Source: a virus
Lineage: Duplodnaviria > Caudoviricetes
Strand: one strand, 5' to 3'
Virus record (IMG/VR): IMGVR_UViG_3300025083_000042
Span: 1-53,465 of that record
DNA length: 53,465 bases
The notes beneath the pieces are model-generated. The model saw only the letters and a list, made by a program, of their open reading frames with translations. It did not search any database and had not been told where the DNA came from. Within the stretch, counting starts at the first letter, position 1, and the number at the start of each line of letters is the position of its first letter. Both the position numbers and the translations under genes were made by a program. Positions 36,049 through 46,595 of this stretch are shown here, one piece after another.

Positions 36049-37341
36049 ATGAGTACCCTCAAGACTAATAATATTGAGCATTTAGATGCTTCTACTCCGT
36101 CAATTCAGACGACTATTGGTGGGGGTACCATTCTAGCAGGTGTGAGTACTGTATCTGGTGCATTAAATGTTGGTACTGGTACTTCTGTTAGTAGTCCAGC
36201 AACTAATACGTTAGCATTAGGTACTAATAATACAGAAAGACTTCGTATAACTTCTGCTGGTCTGGTTGGCATCGGACTGACTAATCCAGAAAAAAACCTT
36301 GTAGTAAGTAGTAGTTCTTCACCAACTATAAGAATTAATAATAGTGATAGTTCTATAACTGCTGATCAAACAATTGGTGTAATTGAATTTAAAGCTAATG
36401 ATGGTAGTAACGATGGAGATCAAGTTACTGGATCTATTGAGTCAATAGCACAAGCAGCATTTACTGGTCAAGGGTCACCTTCACATCTTATTTTCAAAAC
36501 TAATGGAGTATCTGGTGCAAATGCATTAACAGAAAGACTTCGTGTAGATTCTGGTGGCAGATTAATTACAGGAAATTATTCAACTGCTTTAGATACCATT
36601 GCTGGATCAATTATAGTAAATGGTGAAACAAGTGGAGGAAGAATCGCAATAAGAGGTTCTGGGTCAAGTGCTAATACCACTTTGAGTGAAATATTTGGTT
36701 TTTGGGATACAAATAAAGTTGCTGGATTCCAATTCGCTGGAGGGAGTGATACCACTAATAAAGATGACGGACAGATTAAGTTCTACACCAGCGCCTCTGG
36801 TCCCAGTCTTAGTGAAAGACTTCGTATAACTTCTGCTGGTGATGTTCAAGTTAAAACTGGAAATTTGGTTATAGGAACTTCTGGTAAAGGTATTGACTTC
36901 TCTGCCACTGCTGATGGTTCAGGAACATCTACATCTGAACTTCTAGATGATTATGAAGAAGGTACTTGGACTCCATCAGTTACATTTGGTGGGACATTAG
37001 CCAGTCAAACCAATCAAGGTAAATACACCAGAATTGGTAATACTGTATTTATTTCGTATCAACTAAATATCTCCGGTTTATCGGGAGGAACCGGAAACAT
37101 TAATGTTTCGGGTTTGCCGTATGCAGCTGATCAAGTACCTACATATAGTCATGGAAATTGTCAAGGTAATGCTTCCATGTCTTTGCCTTCAGGGGCAGGA
37201 AGTATCATGCCGTATATTGAAAATGGTAGTAATTATATGAGGCTTTTATATATGACTAATAGCGGTCATGCCGATGTAACTAATACTGTTTATTCTTCTG
37301 GGCTTACATTTTATGGAAACGGAATTTATTATACTAGCTAG
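36049..37341 (+). CDS. Tail fibre protein (430 aa)
   Basis: ERLRIT repeats; GIDFSAT...LLDDYEEGTWTP...GKYTRIGNTV C-terminal fibre domain. Confidence 0.75.
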   Translation: MSTLKTNNIEHLDASTPSIQTTIGGGTILAGVSTVSGALNVGTGTSVSSPATNTLALGTNNTERLRITSAGLVGIGLTNPEKNLVVSSSSSPTIRINNSDSSITADQTIGVIEFKANDGSNDGDQVTGSIESIAQAAFTGQGSPSHLIFKTNGVSGANALTERLRVDSGGRLITGNYSTALDTIAGSIIVNGETSGGRIAIRGSGSSANTTLSEIFGFWDTNKVAGFQFAGGSDTTNKDDGQIKFYTSASGPSLSERLRITSAGDVQVKTGNLVIGTSGKGIDFSATADGSGTSTSELLDDYEEGTWTPSVTFGGTLASQTNQGKYTRIGNTVFISYQLNISGLSGGTGNINVSGLPYAADQVPTYSHGNCQGNASMSLPSGAGSIMPYIENGSNYMRLLYMTNSGHADVTNTVYSSGLTFYGNGIYYTS

Positions 37342-37413
37342 TTAAATAGTCCGTAACCGGATTAAAACTAAATCCATTAAATCTGTCTCTGGTGTATATC
37401 GTACCGCATAACA

Positions 37414-37428
37414 ACCACTTGACAAACT
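37414..37428 (+). repeat. 15-nt direct repeat ACCACTTGACAAACT (second copy 48450-48464)
   Basis: Both copies intergenic, ~11 kb apart. Confidence 0.75.
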
Positions 37429-37477
37429 AACGAATAAATAATACGCCTAAACCTGTTTAGTTCGGAGGATTTTCCTA

Positions 37478-37507
37478 ATGGCACTTTCCCCAAGAACTCA
37501 TAAATAA
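37478..37507 (+). pseudogene. Truncated remnant of a 35731-like gene (MALSPRTHK*)
   Basis: Leader, SD and first three codons match 35731; then runs into the next late promoter. Confidence 0.65.
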
Positions 37508-37523
37508 CTAAAAATACACCGAT

Positions 37524-38198
37524 ATGTCAAGGGCAAGTAATTTAGCTGGTTTTACTACCGCAGTTGGGCCACCAACAGACTTGAATGTTGGTGTGGTTTC
37601 TGCTACAAGTATCACCGCAGAAACTGTAATTTCAACCAACACTTATTCATTCACTAATCTAGATATTAGTGAAACTATTAGTATTGGTTCTTCTATTGTT
37701 GGTGTCACCACCATCAACTCTAGTGGTATCAATAGCCCTCTTGGTATTGGTACTTTTAATAGTGTTGCAATTGGAACCGCATCAAATCTTCCATTAGAAG
37801 TATATCATCCAACCATCAATTCAGTAGCAAAATTTCAATCTGGTGATACTGGAGTAAATATAAGATTTCAGGATGGTAATACCACCAATCAAATGGAAAT
37901 TGGTGCAGATAATAATGATTTTATTGTCTCTGCAGCATCTGGTGGTGAGAGATTAAGAGTTGAAAGTGGTGGTAATGTTGGATTGGGTTCAACATCACCC
38001 ACAGTATCAGTAGATATATCAGAGAAGACTGATGCAGTTGCTCTACCTGTTGGTACTACTGCTCAGAGACCATCAACAGCATATGGTGGATACATTAGGT
38101 GGAACTCAACCAACACTGCGTTAGAGGTCTACAATGGCACAAATTGGGTGGAGATAATCTCTGATTATTTCCCATCAGGTTCTACTACTTTAGGTTGA
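37524..38198 (+). CDS. Short fibre/adaptor protein (224 aa)
   Basis: MSRASNLAGF start as in 32765; LPVGTTAQRP...IRWNST...LEVYNGTNW C-terminal motif. Confidence 0.7.
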   Translation: MSRASNLAGFTTAVGPPTDLNVGVVSATSITAETVISTNTYSFTNLDISETISIGSSIVGVTTINSSGINSPLGIGTFNSVAIGTASNLPLEVYHPTINSVAKFQSGDTGVNIRFQDGNTTNQMEIGADNNDFIVSAASGGERLRVESGGNVGLGSTSPTVSVDISEKTDAVALPVGTTAQRPSTAYGGYIRWNSTNTALEVYNGTNWVEIISDYFPSGSTTLG

Positions 38199-38209
38199 GG
38201 TAAAATATA

Positions 38210-41200
38210 ATGGCAAACGAACATTTAAAGAGAATTCCTACCAGTAGTGGCAATCGTAAGGTTCATACAGTATCTGTTTGGGCAAAAATTAACGATTCAA
38301 ATACTTCAAGTTACAGAACATTTTTTGCTGCCGGAGACGGTACAAGTGGTGCACCACGAACTGAATATGGTCTTGATACTAATAATAAATTTAATATGGG
38401 AATCAATGACGATGGTTCCACATGGCATCAGGCAGTTTCCACTGGAGTGGGTAGAGATAGTGGAAACTGGTTACATTTTTGTATAGCAGTTAATTCTACT
38501 CTAGAAGTTCAACAAAATAGAATTAGATTTTGGATAAATGGTAGTATATATCAATATACGGTTTCTAATACATTAAGTGGAAATTCCGATGGTCCAATAA
38601 ATGATGTTGTTGCTCAGACCATTGGTAGGTATGTAAATGTTGGATCACAACCTTGGGATGGACAATTATCAGATTTTTTCCTTGTAGATGGTCAAGCACT
38701 CACACCTGATGTGTTTGGTTTTTATAAAGATGGAGATGGTTATCAGTCTTCTGGCACTTCAGAAGCAACTGATTTTAGACCAGGACAATGGGTTCCTAAA
38801 TCACCATCAGTCATCAAGAATGTAATCAATAATGGTGGTGGATTTGGAGTCAATGGATTCTATCTGCCTATGAATGATAGTTCTAATCCTGGTGCTGACT
38901 TCCACTGTGCTCCTAATAGTATTATCAAACTGAAAGGAGAAGACTTACCACAACCACGTAATGGTGCTCCTACAACTTCTGATGCATTTGTCAGTCAGTT
39001 GAGAACAGACCCTTATGCTGCTAACTTAGTTCTTGCTGTTCCTGGTATTGGTACATTAAGAGGAACCGAAACTGTTAGTAATGGTAATTTCAGTGATGGA
39101 ACTACTACTGGTTGGACATCTAATAGAAGTGCAACCATCACCAATAATGATGGAGTAATGAGAGTTACAAATGGAGCATCTACTACTAGTGGGGCACATT
39201 ATCCAATAACTACTGAAATTGGCAAGTATTATAATCTTACTTTTGATGTATTGACTGGAGCAAATAATGGTTATATTGGAGTAACAGATTCTAATTTATA
39301 TAATAGTGGAACTTTTGTCTTAGCATATGCACAATATGTTAATGGTTCGTATTCAGTAGTTTTCAAAGCAACATCAACAACAGAAATTTTACATTTCCAT
39401 GTATTTGGAGGATCATCAGGTAGTTTCAAAGAATTTGATAATATTTCTGTAAGAGAAGTAAACGCACCAACAGATTACTCTGCTGATATCAAAGGTAGTG
39501 GAACCAATAAGACACTTACAGCAACTGGTAATGCTGGTGTGGGTTATGAACTTGGTGGATATTATGGAAGTGCTATGACCTTTGATGGGACTGGTGATTT
39601 CTTATCAATTCCCAACAACTCAGATTTTAATTATAGTGGTGGTGAAGATTTTACGATTGAACTCTGGTTGTATAGAAAAGATACTGGTGGTAATGACTCC
39701 ATAATAGGTATTTTTGAAAATACTGCTGGTACTAGAAGGACATGGCAATTAGAACAGAGAGGAAATCAAGCTATAAGATTTGAATGGTGGACCGATGGTT
39801 CATCTGGAACAGATATAACGACGGCTAATAATACAGTTCCAATTGATCAGTGGAGTCATATTTGTGTTGAAAGATCTGGTAATGTAATTACTGTTTATGT
39901 GAATGGTATTGCCGTAGGTATTAATGTATCTGCAGGAAGTATCTACAACAACACCACAGATCCATTAAGAATTGGTTCACAAAATGCTGTTCCAAACGCG
40001 GAGTTAAATGCTAACATTCAAGACGTTCGTGTCTACAAAGGTGTAGCAAAATACAAAGGTGGTTTTGATGTTCCCAAACCTTACACACCAGTAGGTATTG
40101 AGGCATTTAGAACAACTGTTGATACTTGTAAGAATAACTTCTGTACTTGGAATCCAGTTTATCCTGGATTTAGTCAAAATGCAGTATTTACTAATGGAAA
40201 TCTGACTGTTTCCGAACCAACTTCAAATACAGCTCAAGGCACTGGAACAATTGGTCCATCATCAGGTAAGTGGTATTATGAAGCAAGAGCAGGAAGTGTG
40301 ACGGGTGCTTCTCATATGATTGGGATACGAGCAGCAGAATGGAATAATGCTAATAGTCAGAATAGTTTAAACTACAGATCTAATGGTTCTGTATACAATT
40401 ACAGTAGTGCTGCTACTAGTCAAGCAACATATACTGATGGTGATGTGATAGGTGTTGCGTTTGATCCTACTAATGGAAGATTATGGTTCTCTAAAAATGG
40501 AGTTTGGACTGATGGTGCACCCAGCACAGGGTCTGGACAAAATGTTAATTACACACCTTCTGCAACCACTCCATTTTTTGCCTTTGATAATGTAGGAGGA
40601 ACTCAAAGATGGCATACAAATTTCGGTCAGAACCCATCATTCTCTGGAACTACAACAGCAGGAACTAACACAGATAGTAATGGTAAGGGACTGTTTAAGT
40701 ATGCTCCTCCAAGTGGTTTCCTAGCATTATGTGAGGATAACTTACCTACTCCTGCAATTGCTGACCCTGGTGAGCACTTTAAGACTGTGCTTTATACTGG
40801 TAGTGGTGGTAGTAAGGCAATTACTGGCGTCGGGCTCCAACCAGATTTTGTGTGGTTAAAGAGCAGAACTAATCCATCTACTGGCATTTATCATACTTTG
40901 GTTGATTCGGTGAGGGGCGCGCCTCATGCGTTATTCAGCAACTCAACTGATGTAGAAGATTCGCCTGGTGGAGTTTCTTCTCCTGCAAGTGTGCATGGAG
41001 GTATTTCTTCTTTTGATAATAATGGATTTAGCATTATGTCAGGAAGTTCTGATGATTTTTTGAATAACAATGGAACTCCTTATGTTGCCTGGTGTTGGAA
41101 AGCAGGTGGTGCCGCAGTGTCAAACACTGATGGAACTCTCACATCACAGGTGAGTGTTAATCAAACTGCTGGATTTAGTATTGTTAAATTTACTGGACAG

Positions 41201-41803
41201 GGTGGTAGTAGTTCGGCTACAGTTGGACATGGACTTGGTAAGAAACCTGCTTTCTGGATGTATAAACCATATACTAATACAACAAATTGGTATATGTATC
41301 ATCAAAGTTTAGGTGCGTCTGCTTGGTTAAATTTTACAACGTCAGCAGCAACTACTAGTAATCCAGCAGCATGGGGTGGAGTTGAACCAACATCAACAGT
41401 ATTAACACATGGAGCTGGTCTAGTCAATCAAGGTTCATGTATCTTATATGCCTGGACAGAAATAGAAGGGTTCAGTAAGTTTGGAAGTTATGTTGGAAAT
41501 AATAGTGCTGATGGTCCTTTTGTATATTGTGGATTTAAACCTGCTTGGGTATTAATTAAAAAGACAAATGGGTCCGGTAATGAAAACTGGAGATTATTGG
41601 ATTCTTCAAGATGCCCAGGTAACCAAAACAATAAGCAACTTCTCCCAAGTAGTTCTTCTTCAGAAACAACTGAAACTGGAATGGATTTTCTATCTAATGG
41701 ATTTAAATTGAGAGATAGTGATGCGCACCAAAACCAAGATGGATCAACATACATCTTCGCTGCTTTTGCTGAGTCTCCATTCCAGACTGCCAATGCTAAG
41801 TGA
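38210..41803 (+). CDS. Large receptor-binding-like protein with LamG/concanavalin-A and SPRY-like domains
   Basis: DFTIELW...WSHICVER...VYVNG (LamG); SSGKWYYE...GDVIGVAFD...LWFSKNG (SPRY-like); VGLQPDFVWLKSR and GFKPAWVLIK repeats. Confidence 0.75.
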   Translation: MANEHLKRIPTSSGNRKVHTVSVWAKINDSNTSSYRTFFAAGDGTSGAPRTEYGLDTNNKFNMGINDDGSTWHQAVSTGVGRDSGNWLHFCIAVNSTLEVQQNRIRFWINGSIYQYTVSNTLSGNSDGPINDVVAQTIGRYVNVGSQPWDGQLSDFFLVDGQALTPDVFGFYKDGDGYQSSGTSEATDFRPGQWVPKSPSVIKNVINNGGGFGVNGFYLPMNDSSNPGADFHCAPNSIIKLKGEDLPQPRNGAPTTSDAFVSQLRTDPYAANLVLAVPGIGTLRGTETVSNGNFSDGTTTGWTSNRSATITNNDGVMRVTNGASTTSGAHYPITTEIGKYYNLTFDVLTGANNGYIGVTDSNLYNSGTFVLAYAQYVNGSYSVVFKATSTTEILHFHVFGGSSGSFKEFDNISVREVNAPTDYSADIKGSGTNKTLTATGNAGVGYELGGYYGSAMTFDGTGDFLSIPNNSDFNYSGGEDFTIELWLYRKDTGGNDSIIGIFENTAGTRRTWQLEQRGNQAIRFEWWTDGSSGTDITTANNTVPIDQWSHICVERSGNVITVYVNGIAVGINVSAGSIYNNTTDPLRIGSQNAVPNAELNANIQDVRVYKGVAKYKGGFDVPKPYTPVGIEAFRTTVDTCKNNFCTWNPVYPGFSQNAVFTNGNLTVSEPTSNTAQGTGTIGPSSGKWYYEARAGSVTGASHMIGIRAAEWNNANSQNSLNYRSNGSVYNYSSAATSQATYTDGDVIGVAFDPTNGRLWFSKNGVWTDGAPSTGSGQNVNYTPSATTPFFAFDNVGGTQRWHTNFGQNPSFSGTTTAGTNTDSNGKGLFKYAPPSGFLALCEDNLPTPAIADPGEHFKTVLYTGSGGSKAITGVGLQPDFVWLKSRTNPSTGIYHTLVDSVRGAPHALFSNSTDVEDSPGGVSSPASVHGGISSFDNNGFSIMSGSSDDFLNNNGTPYVAWCWKAGGAAVSNTDGTLTSQVSVNQTAGFSIVKFTGQGGSSSATVGHGLGKKPAFWMYKPYTNTTNWYMYHQSLGASAWLNFTTSAATTSNPAAWGGVEPTSTVLTHGAGLVNQGSCILYAWTEIEGFSKFGSYVGNNSADGPFVYCGFKPAWVLIKKTNGSGNENWRLLDSSRCPGNQNNKQLLPSSSSSETTETGMDFLSNGFKLRDSDAHQNQDGSTYIFAAFAESPFQTANAK

Positions 41804-41825
41804 TAAATAACTAAAAACTACGAAG

Positions 41826-42290
41826 ATGATAGTCACATCAAACACGGTTGAACATAACTTTAGTATTCCTGGTCTCATTACTGTTGGTCAGGTTGATTCC
41901 AATCTTGATGTTATTGAGCAAGTCACGATTTATATTAACTCATCAACTACATTTGACCATACTTTTTCCACAGTTGTTTATGATGACCCTGGTTCAGGTA
42001 TTACTACTACAGTCACTGAAAGTAAGACTGTAAATGAGTTTTGTCAATATAATGTAAGTCTTGCTACAGCAGGCATTACAACATTCTCTGCGTTTGATGA
42101 CTTAACTGAAGATGAAGTTCTTCAGTGGGCATTTGCTGCTGATGCATCAACGAAGGCAACAAATCAGTCTGCCAATGAGACTTCAGTTCTTGAGAAGAAA
42201 GACAGAATTCTCAACCCACTACTTTATGCTAAAAATTCACCAGCCACTCCTTGGCAAAGGAGAGCTGATAAAGCATCTGTTTCTGAATAA
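41826..42290 (+). CDS. Fibre-associated hypothetical protein (154 aa)
   Basis: Own promoter module; F..FDDLTEDEVLQW motif. Confidence 0.65.
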   Translation: MIVTSNTVEHNFSIPGLITVGQVDSNLDVIEQVTIYINSSTTFDHTFSTVVYDDPGSGITTTVTESKTVNEFCQYNVSLATAGITTFSAFDDLTEDEVLQWAFAADASTKATNQSANETSVLEKKDRILNPLLYAKNSPATPWQRRADKASVSE

Positions 42291-42313
42291 TAAATAACTA
42301 GAAAGGTCTTACA

Positions 42314-42865
42314 ATGGCATTTGGACGCCCTATAACAAATCAGAATGATTATAAAGCTTCGACTGTAATTGCAACTGCAGGACAGACTTTATTTACTGTT
42401 GTAGGTGGATACAAGTTAAATAAACTTAGCGTTTTTAGAAACGGTGTACGGCTTAGTGCTGCTTATGACTTTGTTGCAGGTGATGGTTCAACTGTCACCT
42501 TAAATAATGCTTGTCAAGCAAGTGATGAAGTTACATTTGAAGCACTTGATACTTTTGTAGCATCTGAAGTTCAGAGTATAATTGGTATTCATTCAGGTGG
42601 AAACCTAATTGGGTTTACTACTACAATAAACTTCACTGGGACTGGTAACACTGTTACTGCACAACCTAGTGGTGTTATTGATGTATCAATTTCTGGTGGT
42701 GCTAGAGGTGGTGGAGGAGATAAGGTCTTTCAAGAGAATCAGAGAATAGTAAATTTTGGATATACATTAACACCGGGATACAGTGCTGTAAGTGTCGGTC
42801 CTGTATCAGTATCAGCAGGGGCAACCGTCACTATCCCTGGAACAGAAAGATGGGTCATTCTTTAA
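42314..42865 (+). CDS. Fibre adaptor-like protein (183 aa)
   Basis: ATAGQTLF...VFRNGVRL...DF; C-terminal VGPVSVSAGATVTIP...WVIL. Confidence 0.65.
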   Translation: MAFGRPITNQNDYKASTVIATAGQTLFTVVGGYKLNKLSVFRNGVRLSAAYDFVAGDGSTVTLNNACQASDEVTFEALDTFVASEVQSIIGIHSGGNLIGFTTTINFTGTGNTVTAQPSGVIDVSISGGARGGGGDKVFQENQRIVNFGYTLTPGYSAVSVGPVSVSAGATVTIPGTERWVIL

Positions 42866-42877
42866 GGAGCTAATTAA

Positions 42878-44002
42878 ATGTCTATTTCTATTTCAGGAAA
42901 TGGTGGTATTACAGGTACCACAACAAACTATTCATTTGACCAAAGTGTATCTATTGGTGGTACATTAACCTACGAGGATGTAACTAATATTGATTCTGTT
43001 GGTGTTATTACTGCCCGACAAGGTTTAGATACTCCTACGAACCTAGTATTAAGAACTGGTGGAACAGAAAGACTTCGTATAACTTCTGCTGGTAAAATTG
43101 GAATCGGAACTGATAATCCATCCGATAAACTTTCAGTCGTTTCATCACTAACAACTGACTCTGTTTTAAGGTTACAAGGTGGTAATAGTGCCGGAAAAGG
43201 TTCTGGTATTCGGTTAATGAAAGGAGCGAGTGCCGTAGGATATATTGGTCCAGAAAGTTGGTTATTTGGAAGTGCCAATACAAGTGATACTCTTGTTATA
43301 TCTCAAAACGCACAAGCAAACTTATCAATTACTTCTGCTGGTTTGGTTGGTATTGGACTGACTAATCCCACTAACTCTCACGGAAAAGGTCTGCATATTG
43401 CTGATACTAATGCTGGTATTAGAATTCAAAATACTGCTGACACTGGATGGGCATATATGGAATATGCTGATGAATCCAATACAGTAAAGTATGTTCAGGG
43501 ATATCGTGATGTAAGTGGATTATATGGAATTAGACCAGGAAATAGTTTAAGTGCTTCCACTGGACTGACTATTGATTCCAGCGGTTATGTAACAAAACCT
43601 AATCACCCTGCATTTTATGCTTATAGAAACGACGGATCGGGTCAGACTAGTAGCGGTGATCAAGTCTTTAATGAAACAAGAACAAATAATGGAAGTCATT
43701 ACGACACAACCAATGGTAGATTTACTGCACCTGTTTCTGGTATGTATTTCTTCTCTTGTTCTGTACAGCTATATGGATCATCTGCATCTCCTGGAACAGC
43801 ATTGAGTTTTAGAATTAATGGAACTGATTTCCATGGAAGTTACAGTAGTTCTAATCCAATTTATGATGAAAAGGCTGGTGATCATACTATGTTATATTTT
43901 TCGGCAGTAATTTCTCTTACCAAAGATCAATACGTAACTGTTTGGACAAGTACGACTGTCAGAGGAATGCAATCATATTTTACTGGTTACCTTATCGGAT
44001 AA
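42878..44002 (+). CDS. Tail fibre with C-terminal C1q-like domain
   Basis: PAFYA...NNGSHYDTTNGRFTAPVSGMYFFS...FTGYLIG. Confidence 0.75.
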   Translation: MSISISGNGGITGTTTNYSFDQSVSIGGTLTYEDVTNIDSVGVITARQGLDTPTNLVLRTGGTERLRITSAGKIGIGTDNPSDKLSVVSSLTTDSVLRLQGGNSAGKGSGIRLMKGASAVGYIGPESWLFGSANTSDTLVISQNAQANLSITSAGLVGIGLTNPTNSHGKGLHIADTNAGIRIQNTADTGWAYMEYADESNTVKYVQGYRDVSGLYGIRPGNSLSASTGLTIDSSGYVTKPNHPAFYAYRNDGSGQTSSGDQVFNETRTNNGSHYDTTNGRFTAPVSGMYFFSCSVQLYGSSASPGTALSFRINGTDFHGSYSSSNPIYDEKAGDHTMLYFSAVISLTKDQYVTVWTSTTVRGMQSYFTGYLIG

Positions 44003-44021
44003 ATAACTAAAAAGTATAAAG

Positions 44022-46034
44022 ATGTCTAGAATTAGAGCTGACAGATATACCAATAGGGAAGGCACTGGAGCTCCAACATTCTCTGATGGTGTGAATGTTG
44101 TAGGAGTTACCAGTATGTCTGGTGACCTTGCAGTAACTAACGGTACTATTACAGGACCATCTCAACTAACTATTTCAGGCATTACTTCATCTATCAGTGA
44201 TACTGCCGCTGATGTCTTTGTTTATGATACCCGTAAGGACTCTGATGGTGGTGCCTGGAGAAAGAGAACCCAGAATACTTCTTGGTATAATGAGACCTTA
44301 AATACATCAACCAGAGGTAGTAGGAAAGAGTTTCCTGCTGTTGCTGTAATTGTTGCAGAGACAACTAAGGTAACCATTTATGATGGTGATGACCCAGACC
44401 TTCCAATGTGGATGGTATTTAATGTTGCTAATGATACCTGGTTAAAATTATATTCTTCAGCGCCTCAATGTAGTTGTATAACAGCATTAAATGGCATTCT
44501 ATGTGCTGGTGGTAATGGCACTGGTATAAGATTAGCAGTTGTTGACTTTATTAAAGATGATCAATATCTAACTGAAGCAGGACATACTTATTATCAAACC
44601 ACCAAGGGGATTATTACAAGAAATGATGTTACATCTCACAGTAGTGATGGCGGGTCTAAGAGTATAGTTAACAATGTTGTAAACGACGTAGCAATGACCG
44701 TGCTACCAAATGCACCGATTGATAGTGCTACTGGACTTCCTGTTCCTACCATTGCCGTTGCGACTGCTGGTGGTGTGAGTGTAATTAAGGATGATGGAAC
44801 TGTTGTTGATATTACTGCATCTGCGGGGAGTTCTTATAATTCCGCAAAATTCATTTCCATATCAAGCGATGGATTTTTAGTATTTCCTCAACATGGATCT
44901 TCTGCAACAACCGGCGAATATTCTTTGATGACTATACCGATTCCAAGTTCTGATAGAACTACTCAAACAAATTCTAGTAATGCAACTGATAAGTACATTT
45001 TTAATGACACAAACGCAGCACTAACAGCTCTTCCTCATGGACTTGGGACCAGTCAAAATGGAGCATTAAGAATCCCAGGAACTCAATTTTTAAATTACCC
45101 AAATGGTTTAGCAATCTTAGATGAAAATCCTTCATCAGTGTCAAACGCGATGGTCGCCTACATAAAATCTAACTACAACACTGGATGGATGCACGGAAAC
45201 ATCAAAGGTGCTTTCCTGTCTGATACTGATGATACTAATAAGACAAATGGACAGACGGACCCAGACCGTTCAGTAAATAACAACGCATTGAATGTAATTG
45301 GAACAATCACCAAGACTCCTGTTGCGACTGGTGCAGACTTGGTTGCTTATAGTGGATGGAGTACAAGTAATTATCTAGAACAACCAATTAATACTGATAT
45401 GAATGTTGGAACTGGTGATTTTTATGTGATGGGTTGGATATATCCAACCAGTAATACAACAGGATATGTGTGGGAATATGCTGCTCCATCTAATAATAGT
45501 GGATATACTGAAATGTTTTACCATGATAGTGGTGAATTAAGATTTTATATTGAGGGTGGTTCAGGTGCAGTAAAATCAGTATCTTTGAATGTATGGCAAC
45601 ATTTTGTTTGTCTTAGAAGAAGTGGTCAAATATATGTTTATGTAAATGGTGATTCTGGTAGTCCAGTTAGTGATACAGCGTCACTTGATAATACTAGTGC
45701 TAAATTGAGAATAGGAATCAGGGCATATACTGTCGCAGGACCATTTTATGGAAAAATTGCATTAGTTAGAATGGGAGCATCAGCACCATCCCCAGAACAA
45801 ATCAAAAAAATCTATGAGGATGAAAGGTGGTTGTTCCAAGAGAATGCTAAGGCAACCTTATATGGTTCTTCTGATGCTGTGACTGCTCTTGCTTATGATG
45901 ATACTACTGAACTTCTACACGTTGGAACTTCTGATGGTCGTTCCGATTTCCAAGGACTGAGACGAATAAATAATACAACAGTTGGCATTACTAGTGCCAT
46001 ATCGGCATCTAATGAGTTAGTAGCGGAGCAGTAA
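44022..46034 (+). CDS. Fibre/receptor-binding protein with LamG-like domain (670 aa)
   Basis: GDFYVMGWIYP...WQHFVCLR...YVYVNG; MSRIRA N-terminus. Confidence 0.7.
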   Translation: MSRIRADRYTNREGTGAPTFSDGVNVVGVTSMSGDLAVTNGTITGPSQLTISGITSSISDTAADVFVYDTRKDSDGGAWRKRTQNTSWYNETLNTSTRGSRKEFPAVAVIVAETTKVTIYDGDDPDLPMWMVFNVANDTWLKLYSSAPQCSCITALNGILCAGGNGTGIRLAVVDFIKDDQYLTEAGHTYYQTTKGIITRNDVTSHSSDGGSKSIVNNVVNDVAMTVLPNAPIDSATGLPVPTIAVATAGGVSVIKDDGTVVDITASAGSSYNSAKFISISSDGFLVFPQHGSSATTGEYSLMTIPIPSSDRTTQTNSSNATDKYIFNDTNAALTALPHGLGTSQNGALRIPGTQFLNYPNGLAILDENPSSVSNAMVAYIKSNYNTGWMHGNIKGAFLSDTDDTNKTNGQTDPDRSVNNNALNVIGTITKTPVATGADLVAYSGWSTSNYLEQPINTDMNVGTGDFYVMGWIYPTSNTTGYVWEYAAPSNNSGYTEMFYHDSGELRFYIEGGSGAVKSVSLNVWQHFVCLRRSGQIYVYVNGDSGSPVSDTASLDNTSAKLRIGIRAYTVAGPFYGKIALVRMGASAPSPEQIKKIYEDERWLFQENAKATLYGSSDAVTALAYDDTTELLHVGTSDGRSDFQGLRRINNTTVGITSAISASNELVAEQ

Positions 46035-46594
46035 TGACAGTTAGAGTTAACAAACCAGAATTTAATTTAAGAGAGAAACTCTCTGAACTTGACTATTTTC
46101 ATGTTCCTTATGAGAAGATGCCTGCGGGTAGTGTGATTCAAATGTCACACATATATCTTAATCAGGTAAATTATTCTACTGGAACTTTCGAAACAGGGTA
46201 TACTCATCAATTTAAACCAAAAAGAAATGATAGTGAATTAATACATCATTTTTGGACAAAAACTCGTATGAATAACACGTCCCTTTCAGCAGGTCAAGAA
46301 TATAGAGTTTTGGGAGGTTCGCCAAATCTTGATATAGGTTCTCATGATACGATTATTGAATCATCTTGGCAAAATTATTGGAATAGATCCGATTATACAT
46401 CTGATTATTACCCTCCATGCGATTTTATAATGTCTCATAAACCAGGAACTACAGACTTATATAACTATGCTTTTCAAGGTAGAGTATATGGAGGATCAAA
46501 TGCTTCTTGGGAGACTGGTAAGACAAATATGAACAGTGGGACTGGTCCTAGTAATAATAGAGGAAGTTGGGTTATTTACGAGGTAGCACAGTAA
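46034..46594 (+). CDS. Fibre-associated protein (186 aa)
   Basis: Coupled to upstream gene; MPAGSVIQ...YEVAQ fibre-tip-like domain. Confidence 0.6.
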   Translation: MTVRVNKPEFNLREKLSELDYFHVPYEKMPAGSVIQMSHIYLNQVNYSTGTFETGYTHQFKPKRNDSELIHHFWTKTRMNNTSLSAGQEYRVLGGSPNLDIGSHDTIIESSWQNYWNRSDYTSDYYPPCDFIMSHKPGTTDLYNYAFQGRVYGGSNASWETGKTNMNSGTGPSNNRGSWVIYEVAQ

Positions 46595-46595
46595 C

